Below, in pieces: positions 25,805 through 38,853 of a DNA stretch of 64,000 nt; within the stretch, counting starts at the first letter, position 1, and every line of letters begins with the position of its first letter. The notes under the pieces were generated by a model that did no database searches, was not told the origin of the DNA, and was given only the letters and a program-made list of their open reading frames with translations. Source of the stretch: Lama guanicoe (taxonomy: Eukaryota); assembly GCA_013239625.1 (NCBI GenBank), contig MU054187.1, positions 18,406,711 to 18,470,710 on the forward strand. Direction: 5' to 3'. The position numbers were made by a program, and so were the translations under genes.

Positions 25805-26504
25805 CTGAAATATATAGGAAGCAATCAATGCATTAAAGTCACTGGATAAATTCCACCCCTAGACCCCGATATAACCCAATTTCTATTTCTTACCCAATTC
25901 TTGGGAGCACCAAAGTCCAATGCCGTCAACTTTGGAACATCATCAAAAGAAATAGCATAGATCCTATGAAAATCATCGACCTACAGAACCCTCCTTTTGA
26001 TTTATTTTAACTGCAAGAGGAAGAGGAAGCTAGAACAATCTGCAAATTGAAGAATGCACGTATTCAATAAAACGAATACATATGATACAAGTGGAACACA
26101 CACATACACACACACACACACACACAAACACACACAACTTACTTATTAATAATTTTGGAAGAAGCTAATCTCTCTAAGTTTGGTTTTGGGATTGACTATT
26201 TCACAGATTTCCAAATACATATTATATATATATGAAATGTGTGATAAGGTTTTAGCAAAATGCATTGCTTTTATTAATGTAATTTACATGTCAAGTGAGA
26301 AAATGAACATAACCCAGAAGAAGTCTGAATTCACTTCTTCATTATAAGATTCATAAGTAAAAATCGATGAATTAATTGTTTATTCCATAAATCTGAAGTG
26401 AGTACTTACTGTGTACCAGGTGCTGTGCTCAGTATTGAATATGCATTGATAAAGAAAACAGATATGGTCCCTACCCTCAGTGTTGACGTTCTGATATTAA
26501 AACA

Positions 26505-26650
26505 GGCGGAGGCTATAGCTCAGTGGTAGAGCGCATGCTTACTTACCATGCATGAGGTCCTGGGTTCAATCCCCAGCACCTCCACTGAAAATACAGATAA
26601 ATAAACAAATAAACAAACCTAATAACCCCCTTCCCCAATAAAACCAAAAA
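26505..26650 (+). mobile_element. vic-1-type SINE
   Basis: TAGCTCAGTGGTAGAGCGCATGCTT...GGTTCAATCCCCAG head, A-rich linker and tail. Confidence 0.85.
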
Positions 26651-26841
26651 CCCAGCACGTGCAACTTTACATCCTTTGATCTAAGGAAAGAGAAACTAGT
26701 ATAAGAAAACTATGTCTACACTCATCGTAACTTCCACTCTATCCTGGACCAACGGGTAAGAGTCTCCCTGGTCACTTGTCAAGGCAAATGGGAGGCTGTC
26801 AGAGCAGCAGCCTGGCATAGCCATTAAGACTTCAGCCTCGG

Positions 26842-27150
26842 AACTTGTTTACAAAACCAGAACAGACTCACAGACATAGAAAACAAACTTATGGTTACCA
26901 GCGGGGAAAGGGGGTGGGAAGGGATAAACTGGGAGTTCAGGATTTACAGATACTAAGACTATATATAAAATAGATAAACAACAAGTTTCTAGTGTGTAGC
27001 ACAGGGAACTATATTCAATATCTTGTAGTCACCTTTAATGAAAAAGAATATGAAAAGGAATATATGTATTTATATATATGGCTGAAACATCATGTTGAAA
27101 TTGACAAAACATTGTAAACTGACTATGCGTCAATTTAATAAAAAAAGGAA
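26842..27150 (+). mobile_element. L1 3' UTR inserted into a MIR (MIR 26800-26840 and 27155-27370)
   Basis: TSD AAGAC(TT/AA)CAGCCTC 26826-26839 and 27151-27164. Confidence 0.9.
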
Positions 27151-27797
27151 AAGACAACAGCCTCTGGAATCAAACTGTCTGGGGTGAATCCTGACTCCTC
27201 TCTAGCTGTGTGCTCTTGGGCAAGATACTAGATTTCCTGGCGAATCTGTAAAATAGGGGATACACTAATACCCACTACATAGGGCTGTTGTCATGATTAA
27301 CGAAGTCAACAAAGAAAGCCATTAGGACAATGCCATGGAAACAGCAGGTGCTCAATAAATGTTAGCAAATCTTACTTATATCTGACCTCATCTCCCATCA
27401 TAACTCCATATGCAGACCAGGGTCCAGGCAAGATGGCATTCATTCTCAACATGTGCCACAATTTCCCTTGCCTGCCCTCTCTCCCAGCCTCTCTATGCTT
27501 TCACACATGGTGTTCCATCAGCCTGGAGACCCTTACTGACTCTTGTGTTCCCAAAAAACTTTTCTTGTACTGAAATCGCTTCCACTGGGAAAATCTCCCT
27601 ACCCTTGACTGCCAATAGTCAGGTGCCCTTCTGCCCTGCTCTACTAACAGTCATGCAAAACTCTAACTCTCAAATGCACCCTGGATCCAGAGTGTTGACT
27701 TGTGTCTCTCATTCCACCAGATGGGGAGCTGTATGAGGCTGTAGGAGAGGCTCAATGTTTGCTACATGAACAAACTTAGGGAATTAGGGAATAAACA

Positions 27798-27891
27798 GAA
27801 GGAAGGAAGAAACGAAGGAAGGAAGGAAGGAAGGAAGGAAGGAAGGAAGGAAGGAAGGAAGGAAGGAAGGAAGGAAGGGAAGAAGGAAGGA
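27798..27891 (+). repeat. (GGAA)n microsatellite
   Basis: Directly visible. Confidence 0.97.
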
Positions 27892-28265
27892 TGCATCAAT
27901 CCTTGGAACAACTCATTGGGATACGTAATTGTAACCAGGGAGCAGGCAGTGAGGTAAGCTACTTGAAGAGCTCTGAGCCTGATGACTCTTGCCTCCTCCA
28001 GACTCTATGGTGCTCTGCTTTAGGCCTAAAGACATAAGAGCAAGCAGGGGTTGAGCTAAAAACCAAGAGCAGCTAACTTCATATAACTTCACCTTTCATG
28101 AACTCTGACCACACCAGGGACCCGCAAGCAGTCTTAAGGTCGCATCGGCACCAACCCTCTGTCTCTAAGTGCACGAATCCCCATGTTTTGCAAGAGGGAT
28201 GGTTATCCACAGCTTTAAGTGTATTCAAGTCTGGAAAGGGCATGGTTCCCCCGGGTAGCACTTAC

Positions 28266-28403
28266 TTCATGATACCTCTCAATAGAAATGAGCTTTCTTA
28301 AGTTGCAATTCAAGCCTATGATTGCCGACCTCAAAACTGGTTCATTCTTTCAAGCTCTGATTCACCATAGCATTACATTTTGATTAACTATTTGTGCTCC
28401 TAA
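28266..28403 (-). pseudogene. Pseudo-exon 12 (138 bp, phase 0->0)
   Basis: Acceptor atttcattcttcAG, donor GAA|GTAAGT; LGAQIVNQNVMLW*IRA*KNEPVLRSAIIGLNCNLRKLISIERYHE. CNLRK resembles the post-RNB CNxR motif of DIS3L2-type proteins. Confidence 0.68.
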
Positions 28404-28469
28404 CTGAAGAATGAAATATTAACTCCTTAATACCAAAGAGCCCTGGCACATCAACATTTGCCAAAACAC

Positions 28470-28502
<33 letters not shown>

Positions 28503-28799
28503 TGCTGAGAGAGGGGAGAAGGGAGAAATTAGATTTGAATATCACATAGACCTGAGTGCTATAATGAAAAGAAAAACAAAAACCACAGGACTTGTTTGCT
28601 GAGATTTCTGAAAAGGGTAGGTATTATTTTCATAGACATCGACGTTTCAACCAGCTAGAGCTTTTAATTTCCCCAATCTGAACAGCAACAAATAGTAGAA
28701 AAACAGAGTATAGTTTTTCAAGTTTCAAAACTGAGCTCTCCATATCCTCCTGTTAATTTCTCTCTCACTGTTCTCAGTCTTCTGCATATGAACTCACTT

Positions 28800-29660
28800 T
28801 TCTTTTAACTGAATTATGGTTGATTTACAGTATTGTGTTAGTTTCAGGTGTATAGCAAAGTAATTCAGTTATACATATAAATGTAAAACTTATATTCCTT
28901 TTTTATTCTTTTCCATTATAATTTATCACAAGATATTGAATTTAGTTTCCTGTGCTATACAATAGGTCCTTGTTGTTTACCTATTTTATATATGGTTGTG
29001 TGCATCTGTTAATCCTGTACTCTCAGTTTATCTCTTCCTCCTCTTCCCCTTTGTTAACTATAAGTTTGTTTTCTATGTCTGTGAGCCTCTTTCTGGTTTG
29101 TAAATAAGTTCATTTGTACTATTTTTTTAGATTCTACATATAAATGATATCATATAGTATTTGTCTTTCTCTGTCTTACTTACTTCACTTAGTATAATAA
29201 TCTCTAGATCCATCTATGTTGTTGCAAATGGCATTATTCCATCCTTTTTAATGGCTGAGTAATATTCCAATGTGCATATATATGTATATATATACACCAC
29301 ATATATATGTGTATATATATACCACATCTTCTGTTGTTGAACATTTAGGTTACTTCCATATCTTTGCAATAATGGTAAATAGTACTGCTATGAACATTGG
29401 GGTGCACATACCTTTTCAAATTACAGTTTTCATCTTTTCCAGATATGTGCCCAGGACTGGGATTACTGGATCATATAGTAACTCTATTTTTAGCTTTTTA
29501 AGGAGCTTCCATACTGTTTTCCATAGTGACTGCACCAATATACATTCCCACCAACAGCGTAGGAGGGTTCCCTTTTGTTCACACCCTCTCTAGAGATGAT
29601 TCATTGTAAACATTTTGATGATGGCCATTCTGACTGGTGTGAGGCTATACCCCATTGCAG
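28800..29660 (-). mobile_element. 5'-truncated L1 (ORF2 end + 3' UTR)
   Basis: Perfect 11-bp TSD TGAACTCACTT (28789-28799 and 29661-29671); typical L1-antisense sequence. Confidence 0.92.
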
Positions 29661-29669
29661 TGAACTCAC

Positions 29670-29935
29670 TTGTGCATAATGAGTTATACCCATGTCTTGA
29701 TGTCTGGTGCCGAAGGCGATCTGCTTCCGTTTTAAGGAATAAGACTCTCAGATCACTGTTCTCAAGGTATTTTCATTTTTATACTTGATTATTCATTCTG
29801 TAATTACTTCCTGACCTGCAACAGATACTCTACTAGGTAAAGGAGGTAAAATAGTGAGCATCGTCCACCCTCTGCTCTGGGAACGTTTTGACCAGTTTGG
29901 GATTACTTGGGGACACATCATTTGCCTATGCAGAC
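29670..29935 (-). pseudogene. Pseudo-exon 11 (266 bp, phase 1->0)
   Basis: Acceptor ttaaatttAG, donor CAA|GTGAGT; GLHRQMMCPQVIPNWSKRSQSRGWTMLTILPPLPSRVSVAGQEVITE*IIKYKNENTLRTVI*ESYSLKRKQIAFGTRHQDMGITHYAQ resembles LLRxHxxP ... LRxMxxAxYS ... HxxLxxxxY. Confidence 0.72.
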
Positions 29936-31320
29936 CTAAATTTAACTGATAAATGTATTTTGAAAACACTCCGCAAGAAGTGATCATTTTATAAAATTTC
30001 ATTTTTGACAAAACGGGATACTTGTGTCCCCTGGCATGGGAGATAATAGGTACTCGGTAAACATCCATTTCTTTTTTTTTTCCCCCCCTTGATTTTTGAA
30101 AATCAAGTCCTGTTTAAGATGAATTTGGAGTCTTGACATTTCTGGCAAAGCAGCAGCTTATACGGTGCTGAGAAGCTACCTCCCGGTGGATAGAGGGGCA
30201 TGGTCTTCAGAGGTCACCTCATCTGGCTTTCAGCATTAGTTCTCTCCACCACTCGGTGGAGAAGTAATGGCAAAGAAGTTGTTGAAGTTTGCAAGCCTTA
30301 TTAAGTTCCTCATCTGAAAAATGGGAGAAACTCTCTCATGGAATTGTAGTAAGGTTACTTGAAATCAAATACGTAAAGTTTTGTTTCTGTGAATCTGGCA
30401 TCGATAGCAGCTACTATTTGATATAAATTATCACCAGCCCCAATTTTTTCTGCTTTTGGAGATCAGCTTATTTATAAAAACTGGGTTTTCTTAAGGCAAA
30501 ACATGCTTATAATTTGCAGCCAAACATCAAATTCGGAACTTGGAACAGATGACTGTAGGGCTTCTGTCATCTTTGTCATTTTTCAAGGCTATTAGCACAA
30601 ACTCCACCTCTCCCCCCAGGAATCCTTCCCTGCCCTGGTGAAAAGAGGTGTGTCCCACCGCAGGCCAGTGCACATTCTTTCCAAGTGATGGCTCCAAATC
30701 TCGCTCTGTATTTATCTAACTTCCTTTCCCAAGAGGTTTAGCAAGTTTAAACTAGACTGTAAGCTCTTTGGGGTTCTCATTTATGTTTTCTCTCTTCATT
30801 AATATGTCCTCCCAGCTCACTGCCTTGGGACTGCAACTTCTGGGACCAGGGTATCAACCAGATGTATCCATCCCAGGGAAAGCCGTACCCCACGCTCGAT
30901 GTACCCAGGTCAGCATCCGCTCTGCGGGCACCTGCCTGCTTTTGTGTGTGTCTTCTCCGTTATTGTTTTCATTGAGTTGTATGAATCAAAAAGCTGGGCT
31001 CCACTGTGTCCCAGTATACAGTAGGCAGTGTATTTTACTTTGCAGAACCTGTGATTGAGGGAAGCCAAGGCTCCCTTCCCCTCTACCAATTAAAATCATC
31101 TTCGAATAATCTTTAATATAAAACAGTAGCTCTTAAATCTGTCTTGGGCTCTTGAAAATCTGTTGAAGACATAAGCGCTCTCTTCCCAGGGCTGGGGGAA
31201 GTAGACAACATGTTTACACAGATATTTTTAAACCAATGGCAGGTGACTAACAGACCCCCTGCAATCTTTCCAGGTACTCTTTTGGGTATCCACCTAAACT
31301 AGGAGAATCCAAAACAGCAC

Positions 31321-31389
31321 CTGAGTTCTTGTGCTCAGAACATGGCTTCTCTTTGTGAATCACAAGAAATCCAAAGAAGTGGCCGCCAC
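31321..31389 (-). pseudogene. Pseudo-exon 10 (69 bp, phase 1->1)
   Basis: Acceptor tttcaatttttAG, weak donor CAG|GTGCTG; open frame GGHFFGFLVIHKEKPCSEHKNS bridges IEQCL to LHR in frame. Confidence 0.55.
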
Positions 31390-32329
31390 CTAAAAATTGA
31401 AACATCGAGTCGGCTCCTGCACAGTGGACTGTCTCTACTCTGAGTATCTCTCTCTTTTACAGAAGGGTGACAGTTCATCCTACTGGAGACACCCTGGCCT
31501 GTTTCCTCGGGCCGATACATTGTGCAAACTCCAGAAGCTTCTCTGTCCAAGAAAAGGAGCATTCTGCAGGAGACAGAGTGCATCATTACAAACATGGGAA
31601 CTTTAGTGAGTGGCTGAGGTTCATTTTCTCATCAGCAGCAGTGAGCTCAATACTGATGTGACCAGAAGACCAGGGAGTCCTGGGCAGCCTCGAGTTGTTT
31701 TCTGCCTGGTTTAGGGGATGCTGCTGGACGAATTTTTGCTTCCAGCCTCTCGTTGAGTGACAGGAAAAGAAAAAAGGATCAATTGAAGGCTCCCAGATTC
31801 AAACAGCGTGGACAGAGTGCCAGGCCCTCGCTGCCCTGGAGAGAGCCACGCTGGTGCCAGCTTAGGAACTGGTGGGTTCCCACTGTCTCCTGGAAAGGCC
31901 TTCCCCACCGCTGCTGAGGGGGTGGATTTCAAAGCAGCTGACTTCTTGCCCTTTTTAATAGGACTGCAAGTGTTCCTGTTTGAATTCTAAAACTCCCCCC
32001 TCCTCCATTTTCCCCTCCTCCAAATGCCTCCCCTAGGAAAGCTGGGTCACAGACAGGCAATGAGGGGACCAAGTTCATCACAGCAAACGCAGTTATGACA
32101 TCGAAGGCTCACGCTGCATATTAATGAAATGCTATAAAACAGCAGACCCTACAGATATGGGTTAAAGCCACCAAAACCCCGCCTGGGGGTTGCCTCCTGC
32201 AGCTGCGGACCTGCAAGTGCCATGCCTTTCCCATGCTTTCCGAATCAAGTGTCTCCTTTAAAGACACTTGCACACTCACTCCCGGACCAGGGCGTGTTTC
32301 CAGTGCTGACCTGCCCCATCTCTCCCTGA

Positions 32330-33100
32330 CACCGAGGGGCCTTGCAAGCCCCGGAGTCCGCCGGGCCTGGGCCGCGCGCTGGGGAGGGGTAGGCGGTAAT
32401 TAAGTTAGCTGTGAGCTGCTGTGAGCCGACTCGGGCATTTCACTGCAGCTGCCTGCCTCCGTCTCCCCGGCCGCCCTCCCACGTCTTCCTATGAGACCGG
32501 CTGTGTGTGTGCGTGTGAAGGAGGTGCCGTTTCCCACAGCTCAGATCTAATTCAGCTGAAATTCAATCTCCGTGTGACCAACCTCAGCCGGCGCTCTCCG
32601 CGGCCCCCCCCCCGCCGCCGGGCTCCCCTGCCCAGGCCGTGTGTGTGCAGCCCGTTTACACTGTCGGCCCCGCAGCCTGCCCTCCACCCGCCCCGGGGTG
32701 TAGACTTACGGTGTCAGCGGGCCAGCCCTGGGGGCTCGGCTGCTGCCCGGACGCTCACCCCTCATCCTCAGGGCTCTGAGGGGTGACACCCTATACCTGC
32801 CACTCAGCGGGGTGAATGGGGCTCGTGAGTTATCGCCCTGAAAAGGCAGCTGACCCAGATGAGGCTGAGAACCCGAAACAGATGCAAAAGACATCAGGCT
32901 ACGCTTTCCGTGGCTCTTCAATGCCCGGAAAGATTTATGACCCCCTTTAACCCTCTTTTAACATCGGTCGAACGGGGCTTGTTTTATAGCAAGGAAGCAA
33001 GCCTGGCAGTCACACAGAAAATGCCCAGAGCGGCAGCGCGCGCCCCCGGGTCTGCAGAGCCTCGCTTCTTGCCTTTGTCTTGGCGCCCTGAAGCTCATCT
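32330..33100. promoter_or_regulatory. CpG island 2 (inside a pseudogene intron)
   Basis: GC/CpG-rich stretch with TAATTA/TAATT motifs and a strong minus-strand donor ACC|GTAAGT at 32710. Confidence 0.75.
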
Positions 33101-33469
33101 CTGCATCTGGTGGGGACATTCCGTCCCACTCTCTTTATAACTCTTCGTCCCCAGATCGCCCCAAGCTACCAGTTGCTTTGACCCTAAATGGTGTTCACTT
33201 TGGCTGTGCATCTTTTAGGGAAGTGATAAATATTAGGTGAAAATTGTAAGGGGCCAGCACTAGGCAGGGGTGCAGTAGCCCTGGCTTTTCTTTTCTTTCT
33301 TTCTTTCTTTCTTTCTTTTCTTTTCTTTTCTTTTTTTTTTTAACCAGTTGCTCCTAAATGGTGTTCACTTTGGCTGTGCATCTTTTAGGGAAGTGATAAA
33401 TATTAGGTGAAAATTGTAAGGGGCCAGCACTAGGCAGGGGTGCAGTAGCCCTGGCTTTTCTTTTCTTTT

Positions 33470-33831
33470 NNNNNNNNNNNNNNNNNNNNNNNNNNNNNNN
33501 NNNNNNNNNNNNNNNNNNNNNNNNNNNNNNNNNNNNNNNNNNNNNNNNNNNNNNNNNNNNNNNNNNNNNNNNNNNNNNNNNNNNNNNNNNNNNNNNNNNN
33601 NNNNNNNNNNNNNNNNNNNNNNNNNNNNNNNNNNNNNNNNNNNNNNNNNNNNNNNNNNNNNNNNNNNNNNNNNNNNNNNNNNNNNNNNNNNNNNNNNNNN
33701 NNNNNNNNNNNNNNNNNNNNNNNNNNNNNNNNNNNNNNNNNNNNNNNNNNNNNNNNNNNNNNNNNNNNNNNNNNNNNNNNNNNNNNNNNNNNNNNNNNNN
33801 NNNNNNNNNNNNNNNNNNNNNNNNNNNNNNN
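33470..33831. other. Assembly gap (362 N)
   Basis: N run. Confidence 1.
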
Positions 33832-36254
33832 AAGATTCCTTTTGGCTAACAACCAGCCAGCTTGCTTATCTTGATACAGCGATAAGAACAGGCAGGTAGA
33901 GCTGGAAAGTGTTTCCCTCACCTCCTCCAGACTCCCAGAGTCTGGGCCATGCCATCCTGGCAAATCAAACCTTAGTGTCCAGCATGGTGCAGAGAAACCC
34001 TCTCTTTGAATTCAATCTCTCTCTCTCTCTCTCAACCAGAGTTAAGAGGTATCTTGAGCACCTAAAAACACTTTTACTCTGACTCTGCTCACAGTCCGGC
34101 TGTACCATGGAGAGAGGGGTCGTGGAATGAAGGCACACGGGTGCGGGGTTGGGGGAGACTCTTCCCTGCCTGGGGAAGAGGCAGATTCCTGCAGCCAAGC
34201 TCAGGAATAACAATCTCCCTGAGTCCTGAGAAAACTGCCCCAGATGTTAACACATCAATCTTAAGGGAACAAGCCTGGCTTTTACTGACTTAATTTCATA
34301 TAATTATTTCAGAGTTTGAGTCTTTACAAGAAAGAGGGAGTGGAGGAAAAAGATCAGAAAATTGAAGGGGACGAACAAAAGCGGAAGGAGATTTTCTTTG
34401 TTTTGAAGGTTCCCATCGCTTCCTTGGTGCCCTGGACTCCTTCTTTGCTTTCATCTTCCAGGAGCAAACGCAGAGCACCCTCAACAGCACGTGGAGGAGC
34501 TCAGAAGGCACTGACTTCAGCTCACGTCTATTTTTAAGGGACATTTTAATAAAACTTTCTCTGTGTCTTGGGTCTTACACCACCAAATGTGCAGTGAAAG
34601 AAGGCTAGAAGTCTGAGAGGCTGTCCTGACTCTGGGCTACTGAGTCCCAGAGCAGTTTGCCTGACCCACTAAACTGCAGGGAACTCAATTATGTCTCTGA
34701 AATGGGGGTAATAATACTTTCCCTGCCTGCCTCAGAGGGTTATATACAGGAAAACACCTTGAAAGATGAAAAAAGGGGCTATATAAATGAAAGGCAGCAT
34801 GCTTACAAAACCGTTTAATTATGATTCGTGTTCTCTATGTATTTAACTGAGTTTAACTACTTTTAGTATTTATAGGAGTCACATAAATAGAATTCAGTAG
34901 GTAAACAAACAAACAAACAACCCTAGACATCATCTGGCTGATTTAAAATGCAAATCACAAAGCCCCATCCTCCCGAAATTTTGACTCAGTAAGTGTAGAA
35001 TCTGCCCAGGAATCTGTACTTGAAACGAGTGTCTTGAGAGAGGAGGAGGCAGACAATTCCGCAACAACCCAACTTGGAGAAGCACTTTGTTTTGCAAAAA
35101 TGAGGATATTTCTCATCCTCCCACTCGCTGGCCAAGCTCCCACTGGGGCTGAGTGAGAAGAGAGCTCGTCGCCTTCACATCCCTTCATTAATATTTCAGA
35201 ATCTACAAAACGAAGGACTGGAGAGAAACAAAGCAGAATGAGGGATTATGTCGATGGGTTTGGTTTCCCTCTCGTGGTGAGAAAAATGCATGTCTGCTCT
35301 GAGCAGATGATCAATTGACCCAGAAAATGTTGCCCAAGTGTTCTTTGCTAAACTGCAGGGTCAAAGTCAACAATATAAAAGAAGATATACCTCCGCTTAG
35401 TTGAAAAGGACTTACGTTCAAGACATTGCTCAATAGGACTCGGATGGGTTACACTCTCTCAAACGGCCCTATTCATTTGCTCAGTTTTCACAGAACTTTG
35501 CCAAAGAGGACAATAATACTTAGCTCTGTGATTGCAGTTTGTTTTCGCACCTGTGGATTTTTTTTTAAATGACAATGGTTTGAGAATATCATGATAATAT
35601 TTTTAAAGATAGTCAGTGAAATAGTTTGTATGTGAGGTTGAGATAACAGAATGCAGGACCTCTCATCCAGAGAATCCCCTGTCAGTGCCAGGTGCCCACC
35701 CTAGAATGAAGGGATAACTGAGAATGAAACAGAGGAAGAAGTTTCTAGAAAGACAGGTGGTTCTTAGAAATCTGAGTAATTTTTTCAGCAATGTTCAACT
35801 GATGATAATCACATTACTCTGGATCAGGCGCACTTTCTTTTGATGGAGAAAGCTTTGAACTTTGCTCAGCACTTCCTGCAAGAAGAGGATTTCTACCTCG
35901 GGGCAGGGAGGCACAGGAAGGCAGAGGTTTGCAGGCGCCTTTTACAAGCACTGTGAAGAGAAAGGGAAGGGGTTCACCGAGGCGTCATAATTAGGAACGA
36001 TGTGTCAAGGCACGCAGGCACCTCCTGAACCTGACCCCGGCTTCTCTCCTCCTGGGCAGCCGCAGGAACACGCAAATTCAGCAGGACTTCAGCGCTGAGC
36101 ACCCAAGCCATCTCCCACTGCAAGGAAGCCCAGTGAGCTTTCCATCTTTCGTTCATTTTACTTCACACAGCGGGAAGCGGACTGGCAGGGTCACACGTTG
36201 ATTTTTTTCCCCCTGCTATTACCTTTTTAAAGAGCGATACACCTGGGTGGGGGA

Positions 36255-36402
36255 GGGGAAGGGTGTGGCTCAGTGGTAGAGTGCGTACTTAGCACGCAGG
36301 AGGTCCTGGGTTCAATCCCCGGTGCCTCCACTAACATAAACAAACAGACAAACTAACAAACCTAATTATCTGGCCCCCCTCCAAAATTTTAAAAACAAAA
36401 AA
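36255..36402 (+). mobile_element. vic-1-type SINE followed by a long A-rich tract to 36538
   Basis: A/B boxes, AAACCTAATTATC body. Confidence 0.85.
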
Positions 36403-38140
36403 GGGAAAATACATGTACTTTAAAAAAAAAAAGGAAAAAACAGAAAGGAAAACCAAAAAGCAGAAAAGGAAGGAAATGGCAAAAGAAGGAAATGGCAAAA
36501 AAAAAAAAAAAGAAAGAAAAAAAAGAAAAAGAAAAAAGCAATGCACTGCATGAAAAGATTCCTTTTGGCTAACAACCAGCCAGCTTGCTTATCTTGATAC
36601 AGCGATAAGAACAGGCAGGTAGAGCTGGAAAGTGTTTCCCTCACCTCCTCCAGACTCCCAGAGTCTGGGCCATGCCATCCTGGCAAATCAAACCTTAGTG
36701 TCCAGCATGGTGCAGAGAAACCCTCTCTTTGAATTCAATCTCTCTCTCTCTCTCTCAACCAGAGTTAAGAGGTATCTTGAGCACCTAAAAACACTTTTAC
36801 TCTGACTCTGCTCACAGTCCGGCTGTACCATGGAGAGAGGGGTCGTGGAATGAAGGCACACGGGTGCGGGGTTGGGGGAGACTCTTCCCTGCCTGGGGAA
36901 GAGGCAGATTCCTGCAGCCAAGCTCAGGAATAACAATCTCCCTGAGTCCTGAGAAAACTGCCCCAGATGTTAACACATCAATCTTAAGGGAACAAGCCTG
37001 GCTTTTACTGACTTAATTTCATATAATTATTTCAGAGTTTGAGTCTTTACAAGAAAGAGGGAGTGGAGGAAAAAGATCAGAAAATTGAAGGGGACGAACA
37101 AAAGCGGAAGGAGATTTTCTTTGTTTTGAAGGTTCCCATCGCTTCCTTGGTGCCCTGGACTCCTTCTTTGCTTTCATCTTCCAGGAGCAAACGCAGAGCA
37201 CCCTCAACAGCACGTGGAGGAGCTCAGAAGGCACTGACTTCAGCTCACGTCTATTTTTAAGGGACATTTTAATAAAACTTTCTCTGTGTCTTGGGTCTTA
37301 CACCACCAAATGTGCAGTGAAAGAAGGCTAGAAGTCTGAGAGGCTGTCCTGACTCTGGGCTACTGAGTCCCAGAGCAGTTTGCCTGACCCACTAAACTGC
37401 AGGGAACTCAATTATGTCTCTGAAATGGGGGTAATAATACTTTCCCTGCCTGCCTCAGAGGGTTATATACAGGAAAACACCTTGAAAGATGAAAAAAGGG
37501 GCTATATAAATGAAAGGCAGCATGCTTACAAAACCGTTTAATTATGATTCGTGTTCTCTATGTATTTAACTGAGTTTAACTACTTTTAGTATTTATAGGA
37601 GTCACATAAATAGAATTCAGTAGGTAAACAAACAAACAAACAACCCTAGACATCATCTGGCTGATTTAAAATGCAAATCACAAAGCCCCATCCTCCTGAA
37701 ATTTTGACTCAGTAAGTGTAGAATCTGTCCAGGAATCTGTACTTGAAACGAGCGTCTTGAGAGAGGAGGAGGCAGACAATTCCACAACAACCCAACTTGG
37801 AGAAGCACTTTGTTTTGCAAAAATGAGGATATTTCTCATCCTCCCACTCGCTGGCCAAGCTCCCACTGGGGCTGAGTGTGAGAAGAGAGCTCGTTGCCTT
37901 CACATCCCTTCATTAATATTTCAGAATCTACAAAACGAAGGACTGGAGAGAAACAAAGCAGAATGAGGGATTATGTCGATGGGTTTGGTTTCCCTCTCGT
38001 GGTGAGAAAAATGCATGTCTGCTCTGAGCAGATGATCAATTGACCCAGAAAATGTTGCCCAAGTGTTCTTTGCTAAACTGCAGGGTCAAAGTCAACAATA
38101 TAAAAGAAAATATACCTCCGCTTAGTTGAAAAGGACTTAC

Positions 38141-38275
38141 GTTCAAGACATTGCTCAATAGGACTCGGATGGGTTACACTCTCTCAAACGGCCCTATTCA
38201 TTTGCTCAGTTTTCACAGAACTTTGCCAAAGAGGACAATAATACTTAGCTCTGTGATTGCAGTTTGTTTTCGCAC
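38141..38275 (-). pseudogene. Pseudo-exon 9 (135 bp, phase 1->1); further copies at 35416-35550 and 38367-38501
   Basis: Acceptor tccacAG, donor AAC|GTAAGT; AKTNCNHRAKYYCPLWQSSVKTEQMNRAV*ESVTHPSPIEQCLE. IEQCL sits where RNB has [VI]EE[FC]M. Confidence 0.65.
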
Positions 38276-38853
38276 CTGTGGATTTTTTTTTAAATGACAA
38301 TGGTTTGAGAATATCATGATAATATTTTTAAAGAAATATACCTCCGCTTAGTTGAAAAGGACTTGCGTTCAAGACATTGCTCAATAGGGCTCGGATGGGT
38401 TACACTCTGTCAAACGGCCCTGTTCATTTGCTCAGTTTTCACAGAACTTTGCCAAAGAGGACAAAAAGACTTAGCTCTGTCATTGCAGTTTGTTTTCGCA
38501 CCTGTGGATTTTTTTTAAATGACAATGGTTTGAGAATATCATGATAATATTTTTAAAGATAGTCAGTGAAATAGTTTGTATGTGAGGTTGAGATAACAGA
38601 ATGCAGGACCTCTCATCCAGAGAATCCCCTGTCAGTGCCAGGTGCCCACCCTAGAATGAAGGGATAACTGAGAATGAAGGGATCACTGAGAATGAAACAG
38701 AGGAAGAAGTTTCTAGAAAGACAGGTGGTTCTTAGAAATCTGAGTAATTTTTTCAGCAATGTTCAACTGATGTGTCCTGCAACTTTCCGTTTCTAAAATA
38801 AGCAAAAACATGAACAAAAGTGGCCTCTGTGGAAACCAAAATCGAGGACTCAC

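Larger units (their letters stand above)
33832..38772 (+). repeat. Direct duplication: 33832-35804 vs 36555-38772
   Basis: Identical ORFs at offset 2723; about 7 small differences; copy B has extra 226-bp and 18-bp tandem duplications. Confidence 0.97.

Noticed and set aside
25627..29935. Selenoprotein or read-through explanation for the many in-frame TGAs
   Set aside because: Frameshifts, TAG/TAA stops and a GT->AT donor also occur; no SECIS recognised; CpG decay is simpler.
31463..31605. Plus-strand exon candidate (ttttacAG ... GTGAGT)
   Set aside because: Isolated, no recognisable peptide and no partner exons; such site pairs arise by chance.
33168..33469. About 130-bp direct repeat (33168-33297 / 33343-33469) as a biological repeat
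   Set aside because: Abuts an N gap and a T-rich tract; typical gap-filling artefact.
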